A DNA stretch of 64,000 nucleotides from the human T2T-CHM13v2.0 reference genome, Homo sapiens. A program made the translations under genes and the position numbers. Under the pieces are notes generated by a model. That model had not been told where the DNA came from. It ran no database searches and saw only the letters and a program-made list of their open reading frames with translations. The stretch lies in the NCBI RefSeq assembly GCF_009914755.1, contig NC_060935.1; one strand, given 5' to 3'. Of this stretch, positions 52,541 through 64,000 are shown piece by piece (the first letter of the stretch is position 1; the number at the start of each line of letters is the position of its first letter).

Positions 52541-52909
52541 ACCATAAAACTTCAATTCATTGTTTCCCCAATTGAAAAAGAACAACAAATTTTCAGTTCA
52601 ATGTCATGGCCAATTGTTTCAGGGATCAGTGGAAAAGAAGATACAGTAGAAAAAGGAAAAGAGACTACAGAGTGGAAGAAGAGGAGAGGAGAACTGAGGT
52701 AGACAGAACAAAAAAGTATTACTGAAGACAGAAAGGGGGAAAAAATCTAGTAAGGAATTAGATAGAGAACAGGATCCAGATAAGAGAACAGGAATCTCAG
52801 AGGTGAGTGTATGTTGCCATTCCATCTAGCTAGAGTGCTACGTTTCTGAATATTTGTGCTTTTCAAAAAATATATTTTGAAATATTTATATATCGTGGCA
52901 TTGTGGAAC

Positions 52910-53239
52910 TTTTTTTTTTCTCATATATTTTTTTTTAAGTTTTTTTTTCTTTTATTATACTTTAAGTTTTAGGGTACATGTGCACATTGTGCAGGTTAGT
53001 TACATATGTATACATGTGCCATGCTGGTGCACTGCACCCACTAACTTGTCATCTAGCATTAGGTATATTTATTCTCAGTAAACTATCGCAAGAACAAAAA
53101 ACCAAACACCGCATATTCTCACTCATAGGTGGGAATTGAACAATGAGATCACATGGACACAGGAAGGGGAACATCACCCTCTGGGGACTGTTGTGGGGTA
53201 GGGGGAGCGGGGAGGGATAGCATTGGGAGATATACCTAA
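52910..53239 (-). mobile_element. Young L1PA2-like insertion with 5' inversion (twin priming)
   Basis: Poly-T plus reverse 3'UTR at 52910-53068 and inverted segment at 53071-53241; TSD TGTGGAAC at 52902-52909 and 53240-53247. Confidence 0.95.
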
Positions 53240-55475
53240 TGTGGAACATTTTTAATGCATACAAAAGTAGGTAGAACAATTATAATAAAATTTATGGAGC
53301 TATTATTCAGCCCCAACAATCTGGGTTCATCTCTAGTCTGGGTTTATCTCTACCTTTATTCACTATCTGTATTATTTTCATTCAAATTCCAAACATTATA
53401 TCATTTCAAATATTTCATTATGAAATTCCAAAACGTAATGTATTTTAAAATAACCACAATATCATTAACACATCTAAAATATAACACTAATCCCTGGTAA
53501 CACCAAAGCATCAGTTTTCAAATTTCCAATCATCTCCTAAAAATCGATATGATTTTTCAAAAAAATTTTTAATTATGGGCATTGTTTTTTTAAATGTATA
53601 TCCAAATAAGGACCATAGATATTGGTGACACCTTTTTAGTCTTTCTTAACCTGTGAATTCTCCTCCTAGTCCTTTATATTTTTTGCACTTTATTGTTGAA
53701 GAAGCCACTCATTTGTCTTGTAAGAATTTCCTGCAGTTTGGATTTTGCTCATTGCAGTCCCATCCTGTTGTTTAACATGCTTGTCACTCCTTCATATTTT
53801 CTAAGTTGGTAGCTGGACATAGAGATGTGATCAACTTCAGGTTTGATTATTTGGCGAGACTATTTCATAGGCTGTTTTGCCACCAGGATACATATAATGT
53901 TTGGTTGTCTCTAGTAGGTTGTTAGCAACTATTGATGATCAGTGGCTGTCTAGATTCATTAATTCAGTAGATTGCAAATAGTAATACTGTAATTTTCCAA
54001 ACCCTTTATTCATTAGCTGAAAACTTCTAAAAAGAGCAGCTATTTAATCAACTTTTTAGAAATGTTGTAGAATAGTTCTAAGGGAAATGGTAGGGTAAAT
54101 GTTTCATCATTTTCTTAATTTGCCAGGTTTTAAAATAAGAATTTGGTTCACTAACATACCCTAACAGTCACCAATGAGAGTGTTTTTTATGCATCATTAT
54201 GAACTCCTGGATTTACTCATAATTGATATGTTTCAAAAAACTGTAATTTTTATCCTTATCTGTGCTCAAATTTTCCCATTTTTAGCCATGGGGAGCCTGT
54301 TGAAGTTTCTCTTCAGTCCTTTTGATCTGACTGTAAAGTCTTCGATTGCCTTTCTGGTAATCACAAGATGTGTCAAGTTCATCTTGTATATTTTCTGCCC
54401 CAAACCGGAAATCAGCCAATTCTCCAATAAGCCCTGGTTTCTTATAGTGAGAAATAGTATTTTAATAACACAATTGGGTGGTAAGAATCTTATCAATAAT
54501 AAATAGTCATTTTTTTCTGGACCTTTTCAGTAAACAGATCTACAGAAAAATTATAGATATATGCAAGTTAAATTACATCATTAGTTCTTCCTTATATTTC
54601 AAATTTAAATTGAGAAGCACAGACATTTTACTCATACCTTAAATCTGTATCTCCCGTTGTCCCCTAAGAATCTCAATTTTTAAAAACACTGGGAATGAAA
54701 AAAGAATAGTACATACGTACTCATTTGTTTTATTCCACAACACACTGACACTACCGCCAATACTGACATTACCACCTAAAATACAATTACCGTAAATACT
54801 TCAATTGTTGTTTTAGTTATTTTCATTCTTAGGTTGTATTCCACTAGAAATGATGGTCAAATAACCGTGCTTTGAGGTCACTTAGAAGAGCTCTGTTCTA
54901 TGTGGTTATACCACCAAGTGCATATTTACTTCACATTTTTTAGGGGTTGCTTTTTTAAAAAGTTAATTTTTGTTTTGTAATTATGCAAAATAGATGAATA
55001 GTTCCAAAGTCACATCTATAAAACAAAGTATTTAAATAAGTCTAGCTTTTATCCCTGTCCCCTTCACTCTATTTTTTTTTTTCCTGCTAGGTAACCTTTT
55101 GGTAATTTATCCTTTTCTCTTTAAAAAAAAATGCTCACATTCCCTTTTTCATCAGATTAAGTATTCTATACAAATAGTTCCTCTTCCCCCAACCCCCCTA
55201 CACACACGGTATATTCTGGAGAATACTTCACAGTAGCATATGAGTTTTTCTAATTCCCCTATGGTGTTCCACAGAACTTAGTTAGGTGGATGTATTAACA
55301 CCATAGTTTATTTGCCCAGCCACCCCACTCTACCCCCGCCCTTGATGGACTTTTGTGCTGTTTCCAGTCTTCTGCTAGCACAGATAATTCTGGGATGACT
55401 GGATTTAGTCATGCGTCTTTCTGAATTTTTGCCAGTATACCTTTGGAATGAAATTCTACAAGGTTGGTTGTTGGG

Positions 55476-55840
55476 CATCTTCGATCATTAGGGCTGCTAT
55501 ACCAAATACCATACACTGAGAAGCTTACAAAAAAACATAAATGAATTTCTCACAATTCTGGAGACTGGGAAGTCCAAGATCAAAGCACCAGTAGATTCAG
55601 TGTCTGGTGAGGGCCCACTTTCTGGCTCGCAGATAGCATCATTTTTCTGTGTCCTCACATAGTGGAAGGAGCAAAGCAGCACCCCCAGGCCTCCTTTATA
55701 AGGGCACTAATCCCATTCATGAAGGCTCCACCCTCATGACCTAATCACTTCCCAAAGGCCCCACCTCCTAACACCATCACCTTGTGGATTAGGATTTCAA
55801 CTATGAGTTTGGGAGGAACATAAACATTTGGATCATAGCA
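55476..55840 (-). mobile_element. MLT1A-type MaLR solo LTR
   Basis: tctcacaattctggagactgggaagtccaagatcaa...cactaatcccattcatga...gatcatagca. Confidence 0.88.
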
Positions 55841-56152
55841 CCGGGCAAAATGACAAGTGCATTTGTTCTTTTGCTTGGTATTGACAAATTCCCCTATATA
55901 GGGTTTGTATCATCTTCCATTCCCAATACAGTATATGAGAAAATGTTTCCTCACAGCTTGCCAAAAGATTATGTTGTCTAACGTTTAAGAGATTCCAAAT
56001 CTGACAGGTAATAAATAGTACCTCAGTGCAGTTTTAAATTGTATATATATTGTGATGGGTGAAGTTGATAATCTTTCATCTGATTAAGAGAAATTTGCAT
56101 CTCTTTCTCTTAACTTTCTGTTCATTTCTCGAGTCTATTTTTTTGTTTTTAG

Positions 56153-56569
<417 letters not shown>

Positions 56570-57269
56570 TAATCAAAATTATCTCTCTCCTCTGCTTCTG
56601 AATTTTGAATTATGATGGGAATGTTTTCCCTGTTTCCGGGTTATAGAGGAATTCATTCATGTTTGCTCCTAGCACTTATATTGATTCTGTTTTTTATCCT
56701 AAATTTTATCTTCTTTTGGAGTTTTTTTCCTGCTAATGATATGAAGGATGAATTGAAATATTATTTAAAATATACATTTAATTATGCCAACACTTTTATT
56801 ATATGTTCTATTTCTCTCTCTCTTAAGTATATTTTTTGGTATATAGGAGACATTGTATTTTTGTCCCAGTGGTTACTTTTATACTAATATTTTTATTCGT
56901 CTTCCTTAACTCTTTTTTGGTTATTGTCTAATAATTTCCCCATAATAAATAATATTGAGATTAAGTTGCAGCCCCTTCTTCTCCACCCCCTCCTTCTTTC
57001 TGAGCATCTGACTTGAGGCAATATCCTTTTACTTTTCATTAATAACCATAAGGCAATGAGCAATCTTATTCTCCTTCTCAAATGCTCTCCCTACTCCTCC
57101 CTACCCTTTTTTGGATATTGTTCGTAACCTACATAGTCTAGCCTCATGGCTCTGCCTAATTTATGGGGGAATTTAGAGAGACTCAAATATGACGCTGCTC
57201 CTACTGCCAGCTTCCTAGGATTCCCCCACGTTTATTCTTTTTTGACTAATTTAATTTTTTGGCTGCTCT

Positions 57270-57790
57270 AAACAGTAATCTCCAAGGGATCAGTTTTGGA
57301 ATTTGTAGAGCTGTCCTGGTCATCATAGTTATTAAGAAGTCCTCAAGGCATTTAGTGGACTGAGGCCAATGATTCTAGACAATCCACAAATCATAGAACA
57401 GTCCCATACAAAAAGACTTTTCCCATCTCCCAAAGAATTTTGCATGACCTATACATGTAAGTGAAAAAAAAAAAAGATTATTTTCCAAGCTTGGAATCTA
57501 ACTGTATTGCATATAAGTTCAAAGTATTTTTGTATAGTTTCAATATATACTGAATTTCCAGGAATGCAACTACCATATAACTTGAAAAAAATGCTATACT
57601 TTGTTTTCTTTGGAACTTTACCAAGAGTTTTTATCATTTGACAAAATCCTGTCACTGATAACAATGCCACTCACGGTATTTAAGTCACCAATGCAACAAA
57701 TTTGCATCAAAGTACATTTATAGCTTTTACATTCACAGCAATTTAATTATGGATAAAATTTATTTCAGGATAGTATGTATTACAAAATAC
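57270..57790 (+). mobile_element. MER20B-like hAT-Charlie fossil
   Basis: ggcatttagtgg...actgaatttccaggaatgcaactacc...ggaactttaccaagag...gccactcacggtattt. Confidence 0.7.
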
Positions 57791-59199
57791 ATGTTTCTAA
57801 AATATGTCAGGCTGTAAATCTGATATGATTGATGATTAGGGATCTGGATGATCTTGAAATCCAAAGAATAAGGAAAGAAGTTTTATCTTTGGACCAAAAT
57901 AGCTGCATCAACAGTGGTGTTGACCCAAAGGTGAGAACTGCATAAAACTCTGAGGGAAAATGTCTTGTTCCTATCCTTGGCAGAAGCAAAGCCCTTTAAA
58001 GAGTGGCCTCATAGGAAGGCTTGCTCTCAACCCACCTTCTGCAGAGGAGCAAGGAGAAATAAAATAATTACACAGAAAATGTTAAGAAACAATTGTAAAC
58101 CAGTTAAGCATGGATTATCCACTGGCTAGATAATCAGGTTGTATGTATTGACCAATTTATGTAATCTAAGTCGTATCTTTATTTACGGAATGCCATAAGC
58201 CAAACCTCATTCATCCAATAAAGCTAAGGCCTTTACCAAGCACCTAATTGTACATGGCACTGTGTTAGATACATAAAAGAAGAATGAAATGGACAAAATT
58301 ACCTTTGCACCAGGTTCTTAAGTAGCTACATTTAATTAATAATTTGGCTGCTTCTAGTTAATAATTTGACTGCTTCTTGCTCTGTAAGTGTAGATCACGT
58401 GAGAATCCGAGCAAACCTGATTTAGCAAACCAAGCCAACCTGATTTGCACTCCTCTTGTTGGCTTCCAGGCTGACATTGCTCTGAGTCAGTCATTCCCCC
58501 TGGGTCATAGACAAGAAAATACTCAGCCAACCCAGTAAGATAGAACATTCATTTGAGTAAGAAAAATGCTATTAAGATTCCCATCACAAGTGGCTAAGTA
58601 GAGTGTGATGTTGTTGGTAAATGGAGACACCAATGATGGATGATCAGTTTGCATTTACTGTGTAGCTCCAGTTGATAGAACCCAAAGGACAGTCCATTTT
58701 CAATAGGATTTTGCCCTTGGAAGCAACACAGTGCATTTACTTTATGATCTCTTCATAGTTTTCTGACAGCTACAATTTATATAGTACAAAACCCTTGAAA
58801 TATATATCTAACATACTTTAGAAAAATGTTTCCAGTAGTTTAGTGGTTAGCAATGGGATAGTCCTCCATTCTTGGGAATGATATATTTTTAGTTATAATG
58901 GGTAGAGTGTTCTGTGATATATGATCTCTCTTCAGGACAACCAGCTCCCTCAGGTAAATTTATTTATTTCTATATCCCATCACCTAGCATTGTAGACATG
59001 CATTAAATGTTCATAGAATTGAGATAAATGTAGAATTAATTAGTAAGTTGGAGAAGGTAAGGAAAATCCATAAAAAGCGTCTATTGCTGATGGGCAGAGA
59101 TGGTACCCTGAGACAACTACCTATTTAACAAATATCTATTGAAGGCTGACTTAGCTGTTGTTTAGTTCACTTGCATTTGAGATATCTTGGTTGTAGCTA

Positions 59200-59640
59200 C
59201 CAAAAATGCTAATATAAAAAAGCTAATTAATACAGATTTGTATGTCAAACATTATCGTCATACACATTATTTCTTCCAACTATCACAATTACTGTGTAAA
59301 ATAGGACATTTATATATTATCCCCAAAAAGCTTAGGAAGAGTAAGAGATGTACCCAAGTCCCCAGTGAACTAATCATTAGATGGGAAGATTAGTGAAAGT
59401 CATTGGAGTTTGTAGGGGAGAGGAACCTGCAGACACTATACTAACACCAAGCACTTTACAAATGGCGTGCTCAACTCAGCTTCGTGAAGAGGGTATTAGA
59501 ACTTCCATATTACAAATAAGAGTAACAACGGGTTACGATCTTTGCTTCAAATCACAGAACTGTACATTGATAGGCCCAGAACTTGGCCTCAAGTCTGACT
59601 GGCTCTATTCCTATGTTCTGCTTGCTATGCCATGCCAGAA
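59200..59640 (-). mobile_element. Two adjacent MIR fragments
   Basis: aagcactttaca...ccatattacaaataagagtaac...aatcacagaact...aagtctgactggctc. Confidence 0.5.
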
Positions 59641-60798
59641 TAGATGCGAGGGGCTGACTCCGGACATAGTCAATGCCTCATTTTCTTGCTCTTTTATTAC
59701 ATTCTTCTTGCTTTCATTTTTTAAACATATTTATCCTTTCATAATTTTTAAATTATTTGAGAATTTGTCAAGGGAAAAATCACCCAATACTATTTAATAG
59801 AATTGGATTAAATGCTGATAAACACAAAAATGTTTGACTTTGCTGTCCCTATTTCCTGAATTGTAATATCATCTCCAGATATAGTAACCTTGAAAGCTTG
59901 AAAGGCCTGAAATCTGAATAATTATCCTTTCTTTTTATGGCTTTCTCCCATCCCACCCTCTAACTTCTGGATTTAGAATACCTCTGCCATTGCCTTGGCA
60001 TCTTTCTTAACATTCCAGTAAGGACCCAGACTTCTCTGATATACAAAATGTAGGTAATCTGGCTGTTATAAAGCAAAACCAAGAACTCCTATAATTTGAC
60101 GTGGTGCAACTGTGCAACATGGTTACTAGAAAATAAAGATAATGAACTTCTTGAAGAAAATAAGTCTTGAAAGATATCCCCCATTATACTTCATTTATGG
60201 GTGAAGGAGACCAGTGGGAAGATAGCCAGGAAGTAGAGTGGTGGTAACTTAGAAGCCAGATCAGCTGTAAGACCTATGAGAACTGTGAGTAGAGGGCAGA
60301 CAGTAGGAAACCAAATCAGAACTAGTGGTCAGAGTCAGGCACTTCCTGGCTGAATCCTGATTGGCCTGTATAAGGGAATTCACATTGGTTAGTCAGTGCA
60401 TAATTTTTGAATGTCCAAAGCAGTTGTCAACTTTAGTGTTTACCTAAGAGCTCATTAAGATTCCAGAGTGTCAATCTCTACTGACTGGAATCATTCACTC
60501 CTGGGTGCTTCCTCAGCTGAGTCACACTAAAATGTTTACTTTCAAAGGTCATGGCTTTCCGGTCTCAATAAAACAACCATAAGTGAAAATAATATCCAAT
60601 AAACTTGATAACATACAACATTCAAGTCACCTAAGAGTTGTCAAGCATTTCCAGCATTTTAGAATTGCCCTTACCATTAATAGTATAATAGAAATGGCTA
60701 AGTCTCCCACTCGACATAGAAGAGAAGACCTAGTGTCTGCTTCATCACTTCCTCCAATATGGACAGGCATTTATTTTTTCACAAAGTGCCTGGATTTC

Positions 60799-61125
<327 letters not shown>

Positions 61126-61221
61126 TCAATGAAATCACACGGAAGACTGCATTCAAAATGTCAATGGATTATTCAATAGCTCTGAGATGGCCCTTAGGAA
61201 TCTGAATTTTATAATAATCAC

Positions 61222-62435
61222 TGTTGTGGGTTGAATTGTACCCTCCAAAATTATGTTGAAATCCTAACCTGTGCTACCTATGAATGTCACCTAACTTGGA
61301 CAGTCTTTGCAGATGAAAATTAAGAAGAGATCACATTGGAGTAGATTAGACCCTTAATCCAGTTTGACCAGTGTCCTTATAAGAAGAGAAGAGACACAAA
61401 GACAAGAACACATAGAGAGGAGAACATCACAGATGCACAGGAGAAAAGGCCATGTGCTAATAGAGATAGAGATTGGACTTATGCAGCTGCAAGTCAAAGA
61501 ATGCCAAGAATTGCCTACCATCATCAGAAGCTAGAATAGAGCGTGGCCCTGATATGGACATGAGGCAGGGAAATACTGGGTAGAAGAGGGCAGTTCCTGG
61601 GAAGGCCTCACACTCAAGTCTGGAACCACAGCCCAAAGTGAAAACTTTACATCCCCATTTTCCCACTCTAATGTTGCCTTTTCCAAAATTACCTTGGCCC
61701 ACACTGCCCCCATCCTGTACCCATAAAAACCCCAGGCTCCACTGGTGGAGGAGCAGCAGAGAAAGAGAAGAGAAGCAACAGGCAGACATCAGAGAAAAGC
61801 AGCTTGACTTCAGAGGGATGGCTTCATACCAGGACTTTGGAGAAGAGCCTGACCAGGGACAGCCAGACTGGAAGGGAAGACCACCTTCCTGCCTGCCCCA
61901 TCCCCTTTCCAGCTCCCCTTCCCACTGAAAGCCACTTTCATTGGCAACAAAATCCTCCATATTTACCACCCTCCAATTAGTTCATGTGACCTGATTCTTT
62001 CTGGGTGCCAGACAAGAGCTCAGGAGGCATGGCTGTGGATGCTTGAGTTGTTTAACACTTAAGCCATCTGCAGATGGCAAAACTAAAAGAGCACTGTAAC
62101 CCTCTGGGGCTCCAGCGGTCATGGGTACACCACCAGATGCTGCTGTGGGGCTGCACAGAGTTCTGTTCCTGTCAGCACCCGGAAGCTCTGATCCTAGCTG
62201 CTGCACACACTCACCTGCAGGCTCACACTCCGCAGGGGTTAAGAGCTGTGGGCTAAGTAAGCAAAACACACCTGTCACAAGTACTGCGAAGGGATCAGGG
62301 AAAATTTCCTGTTTCAGCCCTGGTGGCACCTTAATTTTAGACTTCTAGCCTCCAGAACTATGGAAGAATACATTTCTGTTGTTTTAAGCCACCAAGTCTA
62401 TGGTACTTTGTTACAGCAGCCCTAGGAAATTAACA
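61222..62435 (+). mobile_element. MLT1B-type solo LTR inside a MER5-like fossil (~61103-62470), itself interrupted by MER50
   Basis: tgttgtgggttgaattgt...gcagccctaggaaattaaca; ATCAC on both flanks. Confidence 0.88.
61550..62316 (+). mobile_element. ERV1 solo LTR, MER50-like
   Basis: tgatatggacatgaggcagggaaatactgggtagaagaggg...cctgtttca; perfect 4-bp TSD GCCC at 61546-61549 and 62317-62320. Confidence 0.88.
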
Positions 62436-63259
62436 AAATCACTTATTCCCCTTAGTAATTCTGATGTGAATCACCATATCCCAGGTCCTATTCTACCGCC
62501 TTCAAAAAAAAAATCACCCCAGAAAGATGTATGCATTGTCTGAATTGAGGTTTGAACACTGATCCTCCTGTCTCTCATTCCTGGGCTTTGTTTCTGCTGC
62601 ACCAGGCTGCCTCTCATCCATTAGCCTATTTTTAGTTTTCCATAGTCTTCTTGTGTGAACTGTGACAGGGTTAGAAAATTATTCTTTATCGTAACTTTTT
62701 TAACACTTAATGTTGTACTATGAATCTACCTTGTTTGCTGATGACTTTACTGAAATAGAAATGGCCAAAAATTATGCTCTTTGAAAGCATACAAACATAA
62801 TTTTATAGCGTCAGAGACTGTGACTGCTATAAAATTGTTTGATATTAACCACACAATTAAATCTTTTCTTTTAGAAAATTTCTAGGAAATGAGGCAACCA
62901 CAGAGGTTAATTGGTATCATGTTCGTAGGTGCTTTTCCCCTTCAAATCTATGTAAGTTGGGCTGCAGAGTTTTGGATAAGAAGGCAGTTAAGACACATTG
63001 GTGTAGGGATGTGGGTTGAAGGTATAATTAGTGATAATCATCATTTCCACCTCCACATTTACCTGTCAGAGATCAGGGAAGAGTTACAGACAGCAATGAA
63101 TTCAGGTCCCCTGAGCCCAACACACCTTATGAATCCAGATTCATTGAAAGGTCAGAAAGATGGGCTCTTATTTATTCTCATTGCTCCATAGAACACCATG
63201 AAAACGTTACACAACATTCTCTTTCCTCCCCTAGAGGAGTAAAGAAGAAAAAATTAAAA

Positions 63260-63580
63260 TCAGGGATCTTTGTATGCAATCCCAAACCATTCATTCATCC
63301 AAAAATCATTTCTATAATTCAGGAACTGTGATGAGGATAAAAGATGAGAACATAAAGTCCTTTTTCTCATGTTTTGACATTCAAGTGGGGGAAATAGCCA
63401 CATGCACAGCTGAAATAACAGAATTGTATGTACTGGAATAGAAATATAAGACAAAAATACAGTGGAAGATAGGTTACAGGGAGGCACCAAAGAAAGCTCC
63501 AAGAAGGGGTAACTTTTAGGTAGAAACCTGAAAACAAGAACCTGAAGGGCCAAGAAGTTCAAGGTTGGGAGGAAATCGAG
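63260..63580 (-). mobile_element. L2 fragment
   Basis: cattcattcatcc tail; aaagtccttttctcatgttttgacattcaagtggggg. Confidence 0.55.
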
Positions 63581-63594
63581 GCACTTTAAAGCAA

Positions 63595-63784
63595 GGCAGT
63601 CTGATAGAATTTTGCAATGATGAAAATGTTCCACATCTGAACTATCCAATACATGAGGCTACTGAGCACTTGAAATGCGGCTAGTGTGACCAAGGAACTA
63701 CATGTTTAATTTTACTAATTAGTTTAAAATTAAACATTTAAATCACATTTAACTAGCCAGTGACTACCTTACTAAACAGCATAG
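63595..63784. mobile_element. MER3-like hAT-Charlie fossil
   Basis: tgcaatgatgaaaatgttc...gctactgagcacttgaaatgcggctagtgtgac...gactaccttactaaacagc. Confidence 0.8.
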
Positions 63785-63832
63785 CTTTACACAAAAGAAA
63801 CAATATGGACAAAAACCACAGGATTGTGAAAG

Positions 63833-63922
63833 TGTTCCTGAAACACCAGGGGTTTGGTCTAGGTCTTGCTGCTTGCTGCACAGAAAGCCAATCACGGAGA
63901 CAACAATCATTGCCAAGAAGAA
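63833..63922 (-). mobile_element. Terminus of a MER4-group ERV1 LTR, interrupted by L1
   Basis: tgttcctgaaacaccaggggtttggtctaggtc...cacagaaagccaatcac. Confidence 0.65.
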
Positions 63923-64000
63923 ATGTTCTCACTCATAGGTGGGAATTGAACAATGAGAACACATGGACACAGAAAGGGGAACATCACACACTGGGGACTG
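63923..64000 (+). mobile_element. L1PA3/4-like 3' fragment running off the window
   Basis: atgttctcactcataggtgggaattgaacaatgagaacacatggacac. Confidence 0.9.

Noticed and set aside
52623-52802. 180-bp purine-rich candidate exon with GAG|GTGAGT donor
   Set aside because: Stops in all three frames, weak pyrimidine tract, possibly L2-derived.
59381-59797. 138-aa ORF
   Set aside because: Runs through antisense MIR and AT-rich sequence; no coding features.

Overview
Primate (hominoid-type, human-like) non-coding DNA, intergenic or deep intronic. No protein-coding gene, RNA gene or CRISPR array can be supported. All supplied ORFs are L1/Alu/LTR/MIR remnants or chance ORFs. Over half the window is interspersed repeat, often nested with readable target-site duplications (TSDs): four Alus, young and old L1s, a ~7 kb full-length L1PB-type element inside an older L1M, a complete THE1 retroelement, several solo LTRs, and MER5/MER3/MER6/MER20 DNA-transposon fossils. 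Repeat family names come from recalled consensus sequences, not a database search, so subfamily labels are approximate. The main structure not explained by repeats is a ~290-bp inverted duplication (5140-5428 / 7165-7472). Both arms carry the same truncated L1MC junction plus non-repeat flanks, and they bracket a 1.7-kb mostly unique, motif-rich spacer, making it a candidate invertible segment or long RNA stem. Other points: templated-insertion scars in an L1, a twin-primed L1PA2-like insertion, a CTCF site in an L1 5'UTR, three DUX4 motifs in clustered THE1 LTRs, a tailless AluSc, and two small hairpins in unique DNA.
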